This document shows, in pieces, positions 16,936-26,884 of a stretch of DNA of 32,000 nucleotides. The notes beneath the pieces are model-generated. The model saw only the letters and a program-made list of their open reading frames with translations. It was not told the DNA's origin and ran no database searches. Position 1 is the stretch's first letter; each line of letters opens with the position of its first letter. Source of the DNA: Desulfurobacterium pacificum (lineage in GTDB: Bacteria; Aquificota; Aquificia; Desulfurobacteriales; Desulfurobacteriaceae); the NCBI RefSeq assembly GCF_900182835.1, contig NZ_FXUB01000001.1, positions 676,945-708,944 of the forward strand, given 5' to 3'. A program made the translations under genes and the position numbers.

Positions 16936-18546
16936 ATGGTTTACATCTACGATACAACATTAAGAGATGGCGCTCAGACAAGAGGAGTTTCATTCTCTTT
17001 AGAGGATAAACTGAGAATCACCCAAGCCCTTGATGATTTAGGAATTCACTACATAGAAGGCGGCTGGCCTGGCTCTAATCCCAAAGATTTAGCCTACTTT
17101 GATAAGGTTAAAAAACTAAACCTCAAAAATTCCAAAATTGTTGCGTTTTCTTCAACAAAAAGGAAAAAGATAAAAGTAGAAGAAGACCCTAACATCCAGC
17201 AATTAATAAAAACAGAAGTTCCGGCAGTGACGATATTCGGCAAATCTTGGGATTTACACGCAACAGAAGGTCTAAACATCACGTTAGAAGAAAACTTAGA
17301 GCTGATTTTTGAAACGATTAAATATCTGAAGAACTATTTTGACGAAGTATTTTTTGATGCAGAACACTTCTTTGACGGATACAAATCAAACCCAGAATAC
17401 GCAATAAAAACGTTAAAAGCAGCAGAAGAAGCAGGTGCTGACTGTTTGGTTCTATGCGATACAAACGGCGGAACGCTCTGGTACGAAACAGAAGAGATAA
17501 TAGACAACGTTTTAAAAGAAGTAAACACACCTTTAGGTATACACGCCCACAACGATGCAGATATGGCAGTGGTTAATTCTCTTATAGCTGTAAAAAAAGG
17601 AGCAATTCAGGTTCAAGGAACAATAAACGGTCTGGGAGAAAGAACCGGAAACGCCAACCTCTGCTCCATAATTCCAAACTTAGTCTTAAAAATGGGGATA
17701 AAGACAATCCCCGAAGAAAAACTCAAAAAACTATACGAAGTTTCAAGACTTGTATCCGAACTCTCTAACAGACCTCATCCTGTTAATTTGCCATACGTCG
17801 GCGATAACGCCTTTGCCCATAAAGCAGGCGTTCACGTTTCGGCAGTTGAGAAAAATCCAAAGATGTACGAACACATAGAACCCGAAAAGGTAGGCAACAG
17901 AAGAAAAATTATGATTTCAGAACTTTCAGGAAGAAGCAACGTAATAAGCAAAGCAAGAGAATTAGGAATAGAACTTTCAAAAGACGCTCCAGAAGTTAAG
18001 AAAATCCTCTCCCGCATCAAAGAATTGGAAGCAAAAGGCTACCACTTTGAAGGAGCAGAAGCTTCATTTGAACTTCTCTTAAAAGAAACTATGGGACTAA
18101 CGAAAAAATACTTTGAACTAAAAGGTTTCCGCGTTCTAACCGAAAAACGCTCCGAAAACGAAGAAGCCTACGCAGAAGCAACAATAAAGGTTGAAATACC
18201 GGAAGATGTTGCAAAAGAAAGGAACATAGAAGAAAGAGTAGAACACACAGCTGCAGAAGGCAGAGGTCCCGTTGAAGCTTTGGATAAAGCCCTGCGTAAA
18301 GCTTTAGAAAAGTTTTATCCATCAATAAAAGAAGTAAAACTTACAGACTATAAGGTGCGCATTCTCAACGAAGCAGCAGGAACAGAAGCATCGCCGAGAG
18401 TCCTTATAGAATCAACCGACGGCAAGAAAAAGTGGGGAACTGTAGGAGTATCACCGAACATCATAGAAGCCTCATGGCTCGCTTTAGTTGATGCGCTAAA
18501 ATACAAGCTAATGAAAGACGAAGAAGGGGAGGAATCTAATGGATGA
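16936..18546 (+). CDS. cimA: (R)-citramalate synthase (LeuA/CimA family, long form with C-terminal regulatory domain)
   Basis: The N-terminus is [14 protein letters not shown]...[12 protein letters not shown], which I recall as characteristic of bacterial citramalate synthases. The motif HAHND is present, and there is a LeuA-dimer-like C-terminus. The track start at TTG 16891 overlaps the upstream peptide. The ATG at 16936 after AAAGAGG is the likelier start. Confidence 0.8.
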   Translation: MVYIYDTTLRDGAQTRGVSFSLEDKLRITQALDDLGIHYIEGGWPGSNPKDLAYFDKVKKLNLKNSKIVAFSSTKRKKIKVEEDPNIQQLIKTEVPAVTIFGKSWDLHATEGLNITLEENLELIFETIKYLKNYFDEVFFDAEHFFDGYKSNPEYAIKTLKAAEEAGADCLVLCDTNGGTLWYETEEIIDNVLKEVNTPLGIHAHNDADMAVVNSLIAVKKGAIQVQGTINGLGERTGNANLCSIIPNLVLKMGIKTIPEEKLKKLYEVSRLVSELSNRPHPVNLPYVGDNAFAHKAGVHVSAVEKNPKMYEHIEPEKVGNRRKIMISELSGRSNVISKARELGIELSKDAPEVKKILSRIKELEAKGYHFEGAEASFELLLKETMGLTKKYFELKGFRVLTEKRSENEEAYAEATIKVEIPEDVAKERNIEERVEHTAAEGRGPVEALDKALRKALEKFYPSIKEVKLTDYKVRILNEAAGTEASPRVLIESTDGKKKWGTVGVSPNIIEASWLALVDALKYKLMKDEEGEESNG

Positions 18547-19096
18547 AAAAACCAAAATATTGGGGGGAATAGGTTCTATATTATTAGTCTTGGGAATAAT
18601 CCCCTACATTGGCTTACTTTTTAGCTTAGTAGGTTTTATCTCGCTACTGATAGCCGTAAAGCAGATATCCAACCAATACAAAGATGAAAACATATTTCGC
18701 AACTTCTTAACCGGTTTCATCATAAATATAGCAGGGATGATAATAGCCATAGTAGCTGCAGTATCAACGTTCATCCCTTTTGCTTCACTTTCAAACATAG
18801 ACAAAGATACTGCCTTAGGGCTTGGCGCTATAGTAGGCATTTCAGTAGCTCTTTTAGTGTTTTATATAACTGCTGTAATTTCCGGACTACTCTTTAAAAA
18901 GGCTTTTGACTCTATAAGCAAAATCACTAACAACGACCTATTTGGATGGGCGGGGAACTTAATATTCTGGGGAAGTATAGCAATGATAATTCTTTTAGGG
19001 GGAATACTCATCTGGATTGGGTGGATTTTAGCTGCAATAGCCTTTTTTACCACAGAAACCAACAAGGATATAACCGAAACAGCAATAACACTTTAA
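18539..19096 (+). CDS. Polytopic membrane protein, DUF996-like
   Basis: 185 aa with 4-5 TM segments. The N-terminal pattern [19 protein letters not shown]...[16 protein letters not shown]...IFRNF resembles DUF996 as I remember it. The start overlaps the cimA stop by 8 nt. Confidence 0.5.
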   Translation: MDEKTKILGGIGSILLVLGIIPYIGLLFSLVGFISLLIAVKQISNQYKDENIFRNFLTGFIINIAGMIIAIVAAVSTFIPFASLSNIDKDTALGLGAIVGISVALLVFYITAVISGLLFKKAFDSISKITNNDLFGWAGNLIFWGSIAMIILLGGILIWIGWILAAIAFFTTETNKDITETAITL

Positions 19097-19101
19097 TAAA
19101 A

Positions 19102-19118
19102 GCCCCGCCAAGCGGGGC
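19102..19118. terminator. Bidirectional GC hairpin between convergent genes
   Basis: GCCCCGC (19102-19108) pairs with GCGGGGC (19112-19118), loop CAA. It is flanked by A-rich and T-rich runs. Confidence 0.6.
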
Positions 19119-19124
19119 GCAAAT

Positions 19125-20177
19125 TTAAGTAGTTGAACTTTCTGCATCGTTGTAAATATCGCCAACTATAGGCTCGTTAAACCCTTTAAATCCTCTAACA
19201 GTTTCAACTCTAAACTGTGTTGACCTATACCAGATATCTTCAGGCGCTTTCTTAACAGGTGTAAGCTGCCAGCCTCTCATCTCTTCGTAGTAATCCCAGT
19301 TAACGTATTCGTTGAAGTTGTGAATCAAGTCTGTAATCACGAGTCCCATATCAAGGAGAACCTTCTGAATTTTTCTCCACTTATCAAGAGAAGATTCCCT
19401 TCTCGTCACGCCAAAGTAACCTGCACACCTTTCAGCCTTTAACGTAGCAACGCCTCTACCTACAAAAGCCTTTATAGCTTCTACCGTTTCAGGAGGGTCA
19501 GTGAAGAAGGTATCGTAAGCACCTACAACATCTTCTGGTAAAGGCTGTCTCAAATCGTGAACTCTTGCATCAATTCCAAGGTTATACTTATCGGAAACCT
19601 CTTTAATGAAGTTTACAAGTCTTTCATCAATCTCAAGAATCGTAACCTTAGCTGGAAGTCCAGAAAGTGCAAGGGCAATACTCATAAGGTCATCATCACC
19701 TAAAACAACAACCTTCTTGCCTCTTAAATCTCCTCTACTATCGGCTAAAGCAACTCTTGCAAAGGTGTTTTCAGGCGTAACGTAACCTTGGTCAAACTGG
19801 TGAATAGCTGGCGGTCTCTCTTCTTGAATTTTCAAAAACTTTTCGTAAGCTTCTCTTAAATTGTCAATTACTACCCCTCTACCTTTACATCTTGGACAAA
19901 CGTGAGAAGCAAAAGCTTCTATCTTGGCTTTACGAGCAAGTTCTGCTCCAGCTTCTGTAAGGAGAATCTGGTCACCTTCAAAAGCCACAAGGTCATGCTT
20001 ATTAAGGAGCTTTAAAATTTCCGCTACCAACGGAAGTGGCTCATCAGAAAGGTCAACAATCTTCCAAAAATCGGAAGACGACATTACCGCTGCAATCACC
20101 TTCTCAACGCTTCTTGGATAGGCAGGAACTTGCGTGTTCTTCTCTGCCTCTCTTGCAATCTGCTCAAGTATCTCCAT
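19125..20177 (-). CDS. bpsA: N4-bis(aminopropyl)spermidine synthase (branched-chain polyamine synthase, DUF43 family)
   Basis: The 350-aa product matches remembered T. kodakarensis BpsA motifs along its whole length. These are W.IVDLS.EPLPLV, a CxxC pair (CPRCKG), HQFDQ.YVTPE, LGDDDL and FTDPPETVEAI.AFVGRG. Further matches are GYFG.TRRESSLDKW..IQ, NFNEYVNW and the C-terminal ESSTT. Confidence 0.85.
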   Translation of the reverse strand: MEILEQIAREAEKNTQVPAYPRSVEKVIAAVMSSSDFWKIVDLSDEPLPLVAEILKLLNKHDLVAFEGDQILLTEAGAELARKAKIEAFASHVCPRCKGRGVVIDNLREAYEKFLKIQEERPPAIHQFDQGYVTPENTFARVALADSRGDLRGKKVVVLGDDDLMSIALALSGLPAKVTILEIDERLVNFIKEVSDKYNLGIDARVHDLRQPLPEDVVGAYDTFFTDPPETVEAIKAFVGRGVATLKAERCAGYFGVTRRESSLDKWRKIQKVLLDMGLVITDLIHNFNEYVNWDYYEEMRGWQLTPVKKAPEDIWYRSTQFRVETVRGFKGFNEPIVGDIYNDAESSTT

Positions 20178-20179
20178 TT

Positions 20180-21043
20180 TTACTCCTCCTCATATACAAA
20201 GTTTGGTATCGCAAAAGCGCCATAATGGATTTCAGGATTGTAATACTTTAATTTCCCGTTCTCCTTAACAAACTTCCCGTAAGCCTCTCCTAAAGCTCCT
20301 GGGTTAACTCCCAGTGGGTCTAAAGAATTAGAAGCAAACGTAAAGCTCCACATACCAGAAGGGTATGTAGGGATAAATGCAAGGTAAGGTCTTACAACTT
20401 CAAAAACTTTTCTCAATTCATTAACAACCTGTTTATGAACTTTCCTCTGTGCAAAAGGCGATTCAGATTGAGTAACGAAAACTCCGTTTTCTTTCAAAGC
20501 TTTCAAACAATCTCTATAAAATTCTTCCTCATACAAAACTTTTGAAGGTCCTATAGGGTCAGAACAATCAACAATTATGGCATCATATTCGTTTTCCTTA
20601 CCCTTAACAAACTCCCTGCCATCGTCAAAAATTAAATTAACCCTCTCATCTTCAAGTTTATTAGCTATAGAAGGAAACTCCTTCTTTGCAACTTCTACAA
20701 CTTCCCTGTCTATCTCCACCATATCAATCTGCTTAACTCCATGCTTCAAGGCTTCTCTAACAGTCCCACCATCTCCTCCACCTATAATCAACACTTTTTC
20801 AGGAGAAGAGTTCATCGTAAAAAACGCAGGATGAACTATCATTTCGTGATATATAAATTCATCTCTCTCCGTAGTCTGAACTGCACCATCCAACACCAAC
20901 ATCTTCCCAAAATCCACAGTATTTAAAACCAATACTTCCTGAAAAGGAGTTCTAAAAGAAAAAGCCTCTGTAACTTTAAACGTCAGTCCCGTTCCTTGAA
21001 GCTCCATACCTTCACCGCTGTAATATTCCGTAAACCAAAGCAT
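20180..21043 (-). CDS. speE: Spermidine synthase / aminopropyltransferase
   Basis: Motifs include LVLDG..Q.TERDEF.YHEM, VLIIGGGDGG..RE and DAIIVDCSDP.GP. The track start is TTG 21055. The ATG at 21043 (MLWFTEYY) lies 2 nt after the speB stop and is the likelier start. Confidence 0.9.
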   Translation of the reverse strand: MLWFTEYYSGEGMELQGTGLTFKVTEAFSFRTPFQEVLVLNTVDFGKMLVLDGAVQTTERDEFIYHEMIVHPAFFTMNSSPEKVLIIGGGDGGTVREALKHGVKQIDMVEIDREVVEVAKKEFPSIANKLEDERVNLIFDDGREFVKGKENEYDAIIVDCSDPIGPSKVLYEEEFYRDCLKALKENGVFVTQSESPFAQRKVHKQVVNELRKVFEVVRPYLAFIPTYPSGMWSFTFASNSLDPLGVNPGALGEAYGKFVKENGKLKYYNPEIHYGAFAIPNFVYEEE

Positions 21044-21045
21044 CT

Positions 21046-21849
21046 TTACCCCCAAAATTTCAGAATAAGCTCTCTAACAACCTTAGCAGCCAAAGCTTGC
21101 GTAATTCCAGAAGGGTCGTAAGGAGGAGAAACTTCTACAACATCAAAACCAACAAACTTTACGGCAGGTAATTTATAAATAGCTTCAAAGAATTCAAGCG
21201 GAGAAAATCCCCCCACCTCCGGCGTCCCCGTTCCAGGCGCAAAAGCAGGGTCAAAAAAGTCAATATCAACAGTAAAATAAACAGGTAATCTTTCATTTAT
21301 CAACACGTCAGCAAGCTCTTTAGGAGTTTTAAGGTAAGTAATCCTTTCACAACTTCTCATAAGCTCAAATTCCTCCTTAGTTCCGCTCCTTATCCCCACC
21401 TGAATCAACTTACACCCAAGCTCCAAAATCCTTCTCATAACGCAAGCATGAGAAAACTTCGTCCCCAAATACTCATCTCTCAAATCAGCATGCGCATCAA
21501 ACTGAACAACACAAAGCTCTCCATACCTTTCAACTAAAGATTTCACAACAGGATAGGTAACGGAATGCTCTCCCCCAAGCATAACCGGATACTTAACGTC
21601 CTTCATAAAAGCCGTAACAGACTCAACCATACCCTCAACAGTAACGCCGCACTCAACGTTACCTGCATCAACGAAATCAAGGTCTTCAAGACTCTTATCA
21701 AGCTCGGGGCTATAATCCTCTAAATTCTCCGAAAAAAACCTTATACCATCAGGAGCAAAGCGCGCCCCCGGTCTAAAGCAAGTTGTAGAATCAAAAGGAA
21801 TACCGAACAAAACAATATCTCCCCCTTTAGAAGCACACAAAAACTTCAT
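21046..21849 (-). CDS. speB: Agmatinase / aminopropylagmatine ureohydrolase (arginase family)
   Basis: Ureohydrolase Mn-binding motifs are present: GGEHSVTYP, FDAHADLR, DIDFFDPAFAPG and GTPEVGG. Confidence 0.9.
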   Translation of the reverse strand: MKFLCASKGGDIVLFGIPFDSTTCFRPGARFAPDGIRFFSENLEDYSPELDKSLEDLDFVDAGNVECGVTVEGMVESVTAFMKDVKYPVMLGGEHSVTYPVVKSLVERYGELCVVQFDAHADLRDEYLGTKFSHACVMRRILELGCKLIQVGIRSGTKEEFELMRSCERITYLKTPKELADVLINERLPVYFTVDIDFFDPAFAPGTGTPEVGGFSPLEFFEAIYKLPAVKFVGFDVVEVSPPYDPSGITQALAAKVVRELILKFWG

Positions 21850-21897
21850 GAATCGCTCCTTAATGGTAGAATTACAAAAATCGTATTGGATTAAAGG

Positions 21898-22560
21898 ATG
21901 GAATTCAAGCTTAGAGGAACAAACGTAATAGCAATAGAGCTCATAGCAGATAACATCAATTTCAATGTAGAAAGAATAAAACAGTTCATATCAGAGAAAA
22001 AACAACTCCTCAAAGGAAGCAGATTTGTAATTTCAATAGAAGACTACGTTTTAACCGAAGCAGAACTTGACTCCCTAATAAACTTCCTCAAGCAAACTGA
22101 AGAAATCACATTTTGCGGGTTTAAAACAAACAAAAAAGAAAACAGAGAACTCTGCATAAAGAAAGGAATTCCCTGCGATATGTCCAGTATGGAATTGGAA
22201 AAACTCAAAGAGCGTTCCCCAACAGAAGAAATTAAATTCATCAGAAAAACATTACGTTCAGGTGATAAAATATCATCATCAGGTGATATTGTTATAATGG
22301 GAAATGTAAATCCGGGGGCGGAGGTAGAAGCAGGAGGAAACGTTTACGTTATGGGTGACCTGAGGGGGACAGTAAAAGCTGGAATAGGAAAAACTGAGGG
22401 AGAGGTTAAAGCCCTATTTTTCCAAGCGCCCAGGCTGGAAATCTGCGGTAAGGAATTTACCTTTGATAGAAAAGAAAAATATCTAAACTTTAAAGCAAAA
22501 GTTAAAGGAAATCAGCAAAGTATAAACTACTACAAAGATAGGAAGGGGAAAAATGGCTGA
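21898..22560 (+). CDS. minC: Septum site-determining protein MinC
   Basis: The C-terminal beta-helix motif reads RSGDKISSSGDIVIMGNVNPGAEVEAGGNVYVMGDLRG. It lies upstream of, and overlaps, minD. Confidence 0.85.
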   Translation: MEFKLRGTNVIAIELIADNINFNVERIKQFISEKKQLLKGSRFVISIEDYVLTEAELDSLINFLKQTEEITFCGFKTNKKENRELCIKKGIPCDMSSMELEKLKERSPTEEIKFIRKTLRSGDKISSSGDIVIMGNVNPGAEVEAGGNVYVMGDLRGTVKAGIGKTEGEVKALFFQAPRLEICGKEFTFDRKEKYLNFKAKVKGNQQSINYYKDRKGKNG

Positions 22561-23353
22561 TAAAGTAATCTGCATTACATCAGGAAAGGGAGGAGTTGGC
22601 AAAAGTACAGTAACAGGAAACTTAGCGACAGCTTTAGCAGCAAAAGGTTATAAAGTAGTTGCAATAGACGCAGATATCGGTTTGAGAAACCTTGACCTTA
22701 TATTAGGACTTGAAAACAGAATAGTTTACGACATCGTCCACGTTATAGAAGGGGTCTGCCCCGTTGAAAAAGCGCTGGTAAAAGATAAAAGAACGAAAAA
22801 TCTTTACCTGCTTCCAGCAGCTCAAACAAAAGATAAAAGCGCAGTCAAACCTGAAGACTTAGTTGCAATCGTCGAAGCTTTAAGGGACAAATTTGACTTC
22901 ATATTTATAGATTCCCCGGCAGGTATAGAAGAAGGATTTAAAACAGCAGTCACGCCTGCAGACACAGTAATAGTAGTTGCAAACCCAGAAATGGCGTCAA
23001 TAAGAGACGCAGACAGAGTAACCGGTCTTTGCAGTGCAATGGGAAAACCGGAACCCAAGTTAATAGTAAACAGGCTTGACCCCAAAAAAGTAGAAAAAGG
23101 AGACATGTTAGATGCAGAAGACGTCGTTCAAATATTAGGACTTGAACTTATAGGTATTGTTCCAGAAGATAAAGATATGGTTTCATACATAAACAGAGGA
23201 GAACCTGCCGTCTTATCCGAAACTTCAATAGCAGGAAAAGCCCTAAGAAATATAGCTGAAAGACTTTTGGGCAAAGAAGTTCCCTTCCTTGAACTGAAAG
23301 CAGAAGGAGAAGGATTCTTTAACAAATTGAAGAAACTCTTCGGGGGAGATTAA
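22553..23353 (+). CDS. minD: Septum site-determining ATPase MinD
   Basis: It has the deviant Walker A SGKGGVGKST, the motif DADIGLRNLD and a C-terminal amphipathic helix FFNKLKKLFG. Confidence 0.97.
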   Translation: MADKVICITSGKGGVGKSTVTGNLATALAAKGYKVVAIDADIGLRNLDLILGLENRIVYDIVHVIEGVCPVEKALVKDKRTKNLYLLPAAQTKDKSAVKPEDLVAIVEALRDKFDFIFIDSPAGIEEGFKTAVTPADTVIVVANPEMASIRDADRVTGLCSAMGKPEPKLIVNRLDPKKVEKGDMLDAEDVVQILGLELIGIVPEDKDMVSYINRGEPAVLSETSIAGKALRNIAERLLGKEVPFLELKAEGEGFFNKLKKLFGGD

Positions 23354-23356
23354 AGA

Positions 23357-23614
23357 ATGGGGTTTATGGATAGATTAAAAGAAGCTTTCGGGAAGCCACC
23401 AGCAAAGGAAGTTGCAAGGCAAAGACTTCAACTAATCCTAAAGTACGATAGAGCTGGTCTACCTCCAAACGCCATTAATGCAGTAAAAGATGCCATACTC
23501 AACGCATTAAAGGATTTCCCTTTCATAGACGCCTCAGGAGTAACAATCAATATATCTGAAGGGGATACAGACAGAGAAAAAATAGAGATAGAAGTCCCCG
23601 TAAAAAACAGCTAA
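23357..23614 (+). CDS. minE: Cell division topological specificity factor MinE
   Basis: 85 aa. The N-terminus is F.DRLKEAFG, followed by A..RLQLIL..DR. It lies immediately after minD. Confidence 0.9.
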   Translation: MGFMDRLKEAFGKPPAKEVARQRLQLILKYDRAGLPPNAINAVKDAILNALKDFPFIDASGVTINISEGDTDREKIEIEVPVKNS

Positions 23615-23620
23615 AAATAA

Positions 23621-23642
23621 AAAGCCCCCAAACGGGGGCTTT
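23621..23642. terminator. Bidirectional intrinsic terminator between minE and rplQ
   Basis: AAAGCCCCC (23621-23629) pairs with GGGGGCTTT (23634-23642), loop AAAC. An A-run lies upstream and a T-run downstream. Confidence 0.75.
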
Positions 23643-23666
23643 AATTCCTACATACATTCTCAATAA

Positions 23667-24044
23667 TTATTCAGCAGCTTCCTCTTTTTCCTCAACCAAC
23701 ATAACGATAGCTGTAGGAGCAGCATCACCCTTTCTGTAATCGTAGTGGAAGAACCTCGTATATCCACCGTTTCTGTTTTTATACCTTGGCGCTATTTCGT
23801 TAACAACTTTGTAAGCAACGTCCTTTCTCGTAACAATTCTTAACACTTCTCTTATCGCTTTTACCTTATCTTCCTGCTTACCCTTAGTTATTACCTTATC
23901 TGCAAGCCTCCTGAGCTCCTTAGCCCTTGCAACAGTAGTAACTACCTTCCCATGCTCCATAAGGTCTGTAACCAAGTTTCTAAGCATCAACATTCTATGT
24001 TCAGTAGGTCTTCCTAACTTCTTTCCTTTCACTCTATGTCTCAT
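23667..24044 (-). CDS. rplQ: 50S ribosomal protein L17
   Basis: The N-terminus is MRH...K.KLGR...HR..MLRNL. It lies downstream of rpoA. Confidence 0.95.
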   Translation of the reverse strand: MRHRVKGKKLGRPTEHRMLMLRNLVTDLMEHGKVVTTVARAKELRRLADKVITKGKQEDKVKAIREVLRIVTRKDVAYKVVNEIAPRYKNRNGGYTRFFHYDYRKGDAAPTAIVMLVEEKEEAAE

Positions 24045-24997
24045 TCTTTCCCACCTCCAAGCTCAAATCCGAGAGAAGCTAAGAATTTCTCTATCTCTGC
24101 AAGAGATTTCTTACCAAGACCCTTCATGCTTTCAAGCTCTTTCTTGGTAAGCTTGAGAAGGTCCCCTACGGTCTCTATACCGTTATCCATAAGCACTTTA
24201 AGCGCTCTCCCTTTAAGTCCAGCTTCTTCAAGCGTTTGAGAATAAACTTCTGGTTTTTCTTCCTCTTTCGCTTCTTCAACCTGAACTGTAGCAAATATAG
24301 CCTCAACCAATTTATCTCTAATAGTAGAGAAGTGTTCTATAAGTATGTTAGATGCCCTAACAACAGCATCTTTCGGAGAAATACTGCCGTCGGTCCAGAT
24401 TTCCATAGTAAGTTTGTTATAGTCGGTTCTTCTTCCAACCCTCGTATCCTCTACCTTAAAGGCAACCTTTTTTATAGGAGAAAAGTCTGCATCTAAAGGT
24501 ATCCAGCCTATTGTAGAGATATCAAAAATCTCCTGAATATCTTCAGAAAGGACAAAACCCTTCCCTTTGTCTATCCTGAGATGTATCTCTATCTCTGAAT
24601 TCTCATTGTCAAGAGTAGCTATCTCAATATCGGGCGTTAAAAGTTCAACTTGAGATGGAAGTTCAAAATCTTTAGCGTAAACCTTTCCTGGTCCTTTCTT
24701 TTTCAACTCAATAAACACAGGACCTTCTCCATGAAGAACAAACCTTAACTGCTTGAGATTAATAACTATCTCTGTTACATCTTCCACAACGCCAGGAAGA
24801 GTGGTAAATTCGTGGTAAGCACCCTCAAACTTTACCGCAGTAGGAGCTGCCCCTTCAATAGAAGAGAGAAGAACTCTCCTGAGAGCGTTACCGATGGTAG
24901 TTCCGTAGCCCTTCTCAAGAGGTTCAACTACGAATCTACCGTAGGTATTGGAATGTTCCTCCCAGACGAACTTCTCAGGAGTTATAAACTCAACCAT
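24041..24997 (-). CDS. rpoA: DNA-directed RNA polymerase subunit alpha
   Basis: The motif GYG.T.GNALRRVLLSS is present, and the C-terminal domain carries an HhH (ELS.R...CL....I.TVGDL-like) element. The ATG at 24997 after GGAGGA is preferred over the track's TTG at 25009. Confidence 0.95.
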   Translation of the reverse strand: MVEFITPEKFVWEEHSNTYGRFVVEPLEKGYGTTIGNALRRVLLSSIEGAAPTAVKFEGAYHEFTTLPGVVEDVTEIVINLKQLRFVLHGEGPVFIELKKKGPGKVYAKDFELPSQVELLTPDIEIATLDNENSEIEIHLRIDKGKGFVLSEDIQEIFDISTIGWIPLDADFSPIKKVAFKVEDTRVGRRTDYNKLTMEIWTDGSISPKDAVVRASNILIEHFSTIRDKLVEAIFATVQVEEAKEEEKPEVYSQTLEEAGLKGRALKVLMDNGIETVGDLLKLTKKELESMKGLGKKSLAEIEKFLASLGFELGGGKE

Positions 24998-25023
24998 TAT
25001 TTCCTCCAATTTACAGTTAGCTA

Positions 25024-25650
25024 TTACTTGGAGTAAAGCTCAACGATTAGGTGTTCTTGAACAGGAATCTCTACTTCATCCCTTGTAGGTTCTGCCTTGA
25101 CAACTCCTTTAAAGTTTTCAGCGTCAAGTTCAAGCCAGGATGGAATACCTCTCCTCTGAGCAAGTTCAATACCTTCCTTAATTTGAGGAATATCTCTACT
25201 CTTTTCCTTTACTTCAATCACATCTCCAGGCTTTACAAGATAAGAAGGTCTATCAACTTTCTGCCCGTTAACCAAAATGTGACCGTGAACAACAAGCTGA
25301 CGGGCATGGCGGTGAGACTTACCAAAACCAAGCCTGTAAACCACGTTATCAAGTCTACTTTCAAGAAGTTTCAACAGGTTTTCACCTGTCTGTCCTCTCA
25401 TGCGCTCAGCCATTTCGTAGAAACGTCTAAACTGCCTTTCCCTTACGCCGTAGTAATACTTAACTTTCTGCTTCTCCATAAGCTGACGGGCGTAGTAGGA
25501 AATCTTTCTACGAGAACGACCGTGCTGCCCAGGAGGATAAGGTCTTCTATCGGTAATCGCCTTACCTTTTTGTGACTTTTCTTCACCAACGTATATGTTA
25601 ACGCCAAGACGCCTTGCAATACGCCACTTAGGACCTGTATATCTTCCCAT
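25024..25650 (-). CDS. rpsD: 30S ribosomal protein S4
   Basis: The N-terminus is MGRY.GP..R..RRLG, and an S4 domain [14 protein letters not shown] is present. Confidence 0.97.
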   Translation of the reverse strand: MGRYTGPKWRIARRLGVNIYVGEEKSQKGKAITDRRPYPPGQHGRSRRKISYYARQLMEKQKVKYYYGVRERQFRRFYEMAERMRGQTGENLLKLLESRLDNVVYRLGFGKSHRHARQLVVHGHILVNGQKVDRPSYLVKPGDVIEVKEKSRDIPQIKEGIELAQRRGIPSWLELDAENFKGVVKAEPTRDEVEIPVQEHLIVELYSK

Positions 25651-25662
25651 TTACTACCTCCA

Positions 25663-26055
25663 TTACACTCTTCTTCTTTTTGGTGGTCTACAGCCATCGT
25701 GAGGAATAGGAGTAACGTCCTTAATAGCTTTCACGTTAAGTCCTGTAGCAGCAATAGCTTTTATGGCTGTTTCTCTACCACCACCGTTACCCTTAATTCT
25801 TATCTCTACGTCTTTAACTCCAAACTCTTTCATGGCTCTCTCTGCAGCCTTTGTAGCAGCAAGCTGTGCAGCGTAAGGTGTACTCTTTCTCGTTCCCTTA
25901 AAGCCCACAGTACCGCCGCTTTCCCAGCAGAGAGTATTTCCTTCCTTATCTGTAAAGGTAACAATAGTATTGTTAAAAGTCGTCTGGATGTGTGCTATCG
26001 CAAAACCAACCGTTCTTTTCTGCTTCTTTTTGGAACCTTTTCTGGCTCTTGCCAT
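25663..26055 (-). CDS. rpsK: 30S ribosomal protein S11
   Basis: Motifs include [15 protein letters not shown] and a C-terminus [16 protein letters not shown]. Confidence 0.97.
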   Translation of the reverse strand: MARARKGSKKKQKRTVGFAIAHIQTTFNNTIVTFTDKEGNTLCWESGGTVGFKGTRKSTPYAAQLAATKAAERAMKEFGVKDVEIRIKGNGGGRETAIKAIAATGLNVKAIKDVTPIPHDGCRPPKRRRV

Positions 26056-26072
26056 TAATTACCTCCTAATAA

Positions 26073-26453
26073 TTACTTCTTAGGTGCTTTTTTCTTACCA
26101 GCAACAGTCTTCCTCGGACCTTTACGCGTTCTTGCGTTCGTTCTCGTTCTCTGACCTCTCACAGGAAGTCCAAGTCTGTGGCGTACTCCTCTATAACATC
26201 CAATTTCAATAAGTCTTTTGATATTCATAGCAATTTCTTTCCTGAGGTCACCCTCAACCTTGTACTCAGTTTCTATAATTTTCCTTATTTTGGCTATCTC
26301 TTCTTCCGTAAGGTCTTTAACCCTTTTTTCAGGGTCAATACCGGCTTTTTCGCAAATCTTAAAACCGGACTTAATACCAATACCGTAAATGTAAGCCAAA
26401 GAGTAAGGAACCTTTTTGTTATCAGGAATATCTACTCCTGCTATCCTTGCCAC
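26073..26453 (-). CDS. rpsM: 30S ribosomal protein S13
   Basis: Motifs include [10 protein letters not shown], the conserved YIYGIG, and [23 protein letters not shown]. Confidence 0.97.
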   Translation of the reverse strand: MARIAGVDIPDNKKVPYSLAYIYGIGIKSGFKICEKAGIDPEKRVKDLTEEEIAKIRKIIETEYKVEGDLRKEIAMNIKRLIEIGCYRGVRHRLGLPVRGQRTRTNARTRKGPRKTVAGKKKAPKK

Positions 26454-26464
26454 CTCTTTCCTCC

Positions 26465-26581
26465 TTATTTACCCTGTCTTTGTTTGTGCTTTGGGTTTTC
26501 ACAAATAACTCTTACAACACCTTTCCTCTTGATAATTTTGCACTTTGGACAAATCTTCTTCACAGATGGTCTTACCTTCAT
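26465..26581 (-). CDS. rpmJ: 50S ribosomal protein L36
   Basis: My own translation (below the track's size cutoff) gives [38 protein letters not shown]. It occupies the canonical position between infA and rpsM. Confidence 0.95.
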   Translation of the reverse strand: MKVRPSVKKICPKCKIIKRKGVVRVICENPKHKQRQGK

Positions 26582-26639
26582 CTGTTACCTCTCTAAACGT
26601 TTTTTCGTGTGCCTTCAGCCGCGGTATATAAAGGGACGG

Positions 26640-26858
26640 TTAGCCTTTCCTAAATACTATTCTTCCTCTCGTCAAGTCGTAAGGACTTAGCTCAACGACC
26701 ACACGGTCGCCTGGCAAAATTCTAATAAAATGAACCCTCATTTTCCCTGAAGCGTGAGCCAGAACCTGATGACCGTTATCAAGCTCAACCTTAAAATAGG
26801 CGTTGGGAAGTGCTTCTACTACTTTACCTTCAACCTGTATTCCTTTTTCTTTAGCCAT
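26640..26858 (-). CDS. infA: Translation initiation factor IF-1
   Basis: 72 aa, reading [35 protein letters not shown]...[21 protein letters not shown]. Confidence 0.97.
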   Translation of the reverse strand: MAKEKGIQVEGKVVEALPNAYFKVELDNGHQVLAHASGKMRVHFIRILPGDRVVVELSPYDLTRGRIVFRKG

Positions 26859-26884
26859 AAATACAACTCCGTAAAACGTTCTTT

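Noticed and set aside
25051-26690. Long plus-strand ORFs antisense to rpsD, rpsK and rpsM/rpmJ: 174 aa at 25051-25575, 119 aa at 25699-26058 and 170 aa at 26178-26690.
   Set aside because: They are mirror frames of highly conserved ribosomal protein genes. The minus-strand products are unmistakable, while the plus-strand products are F/L/S/N-rich nonsense.
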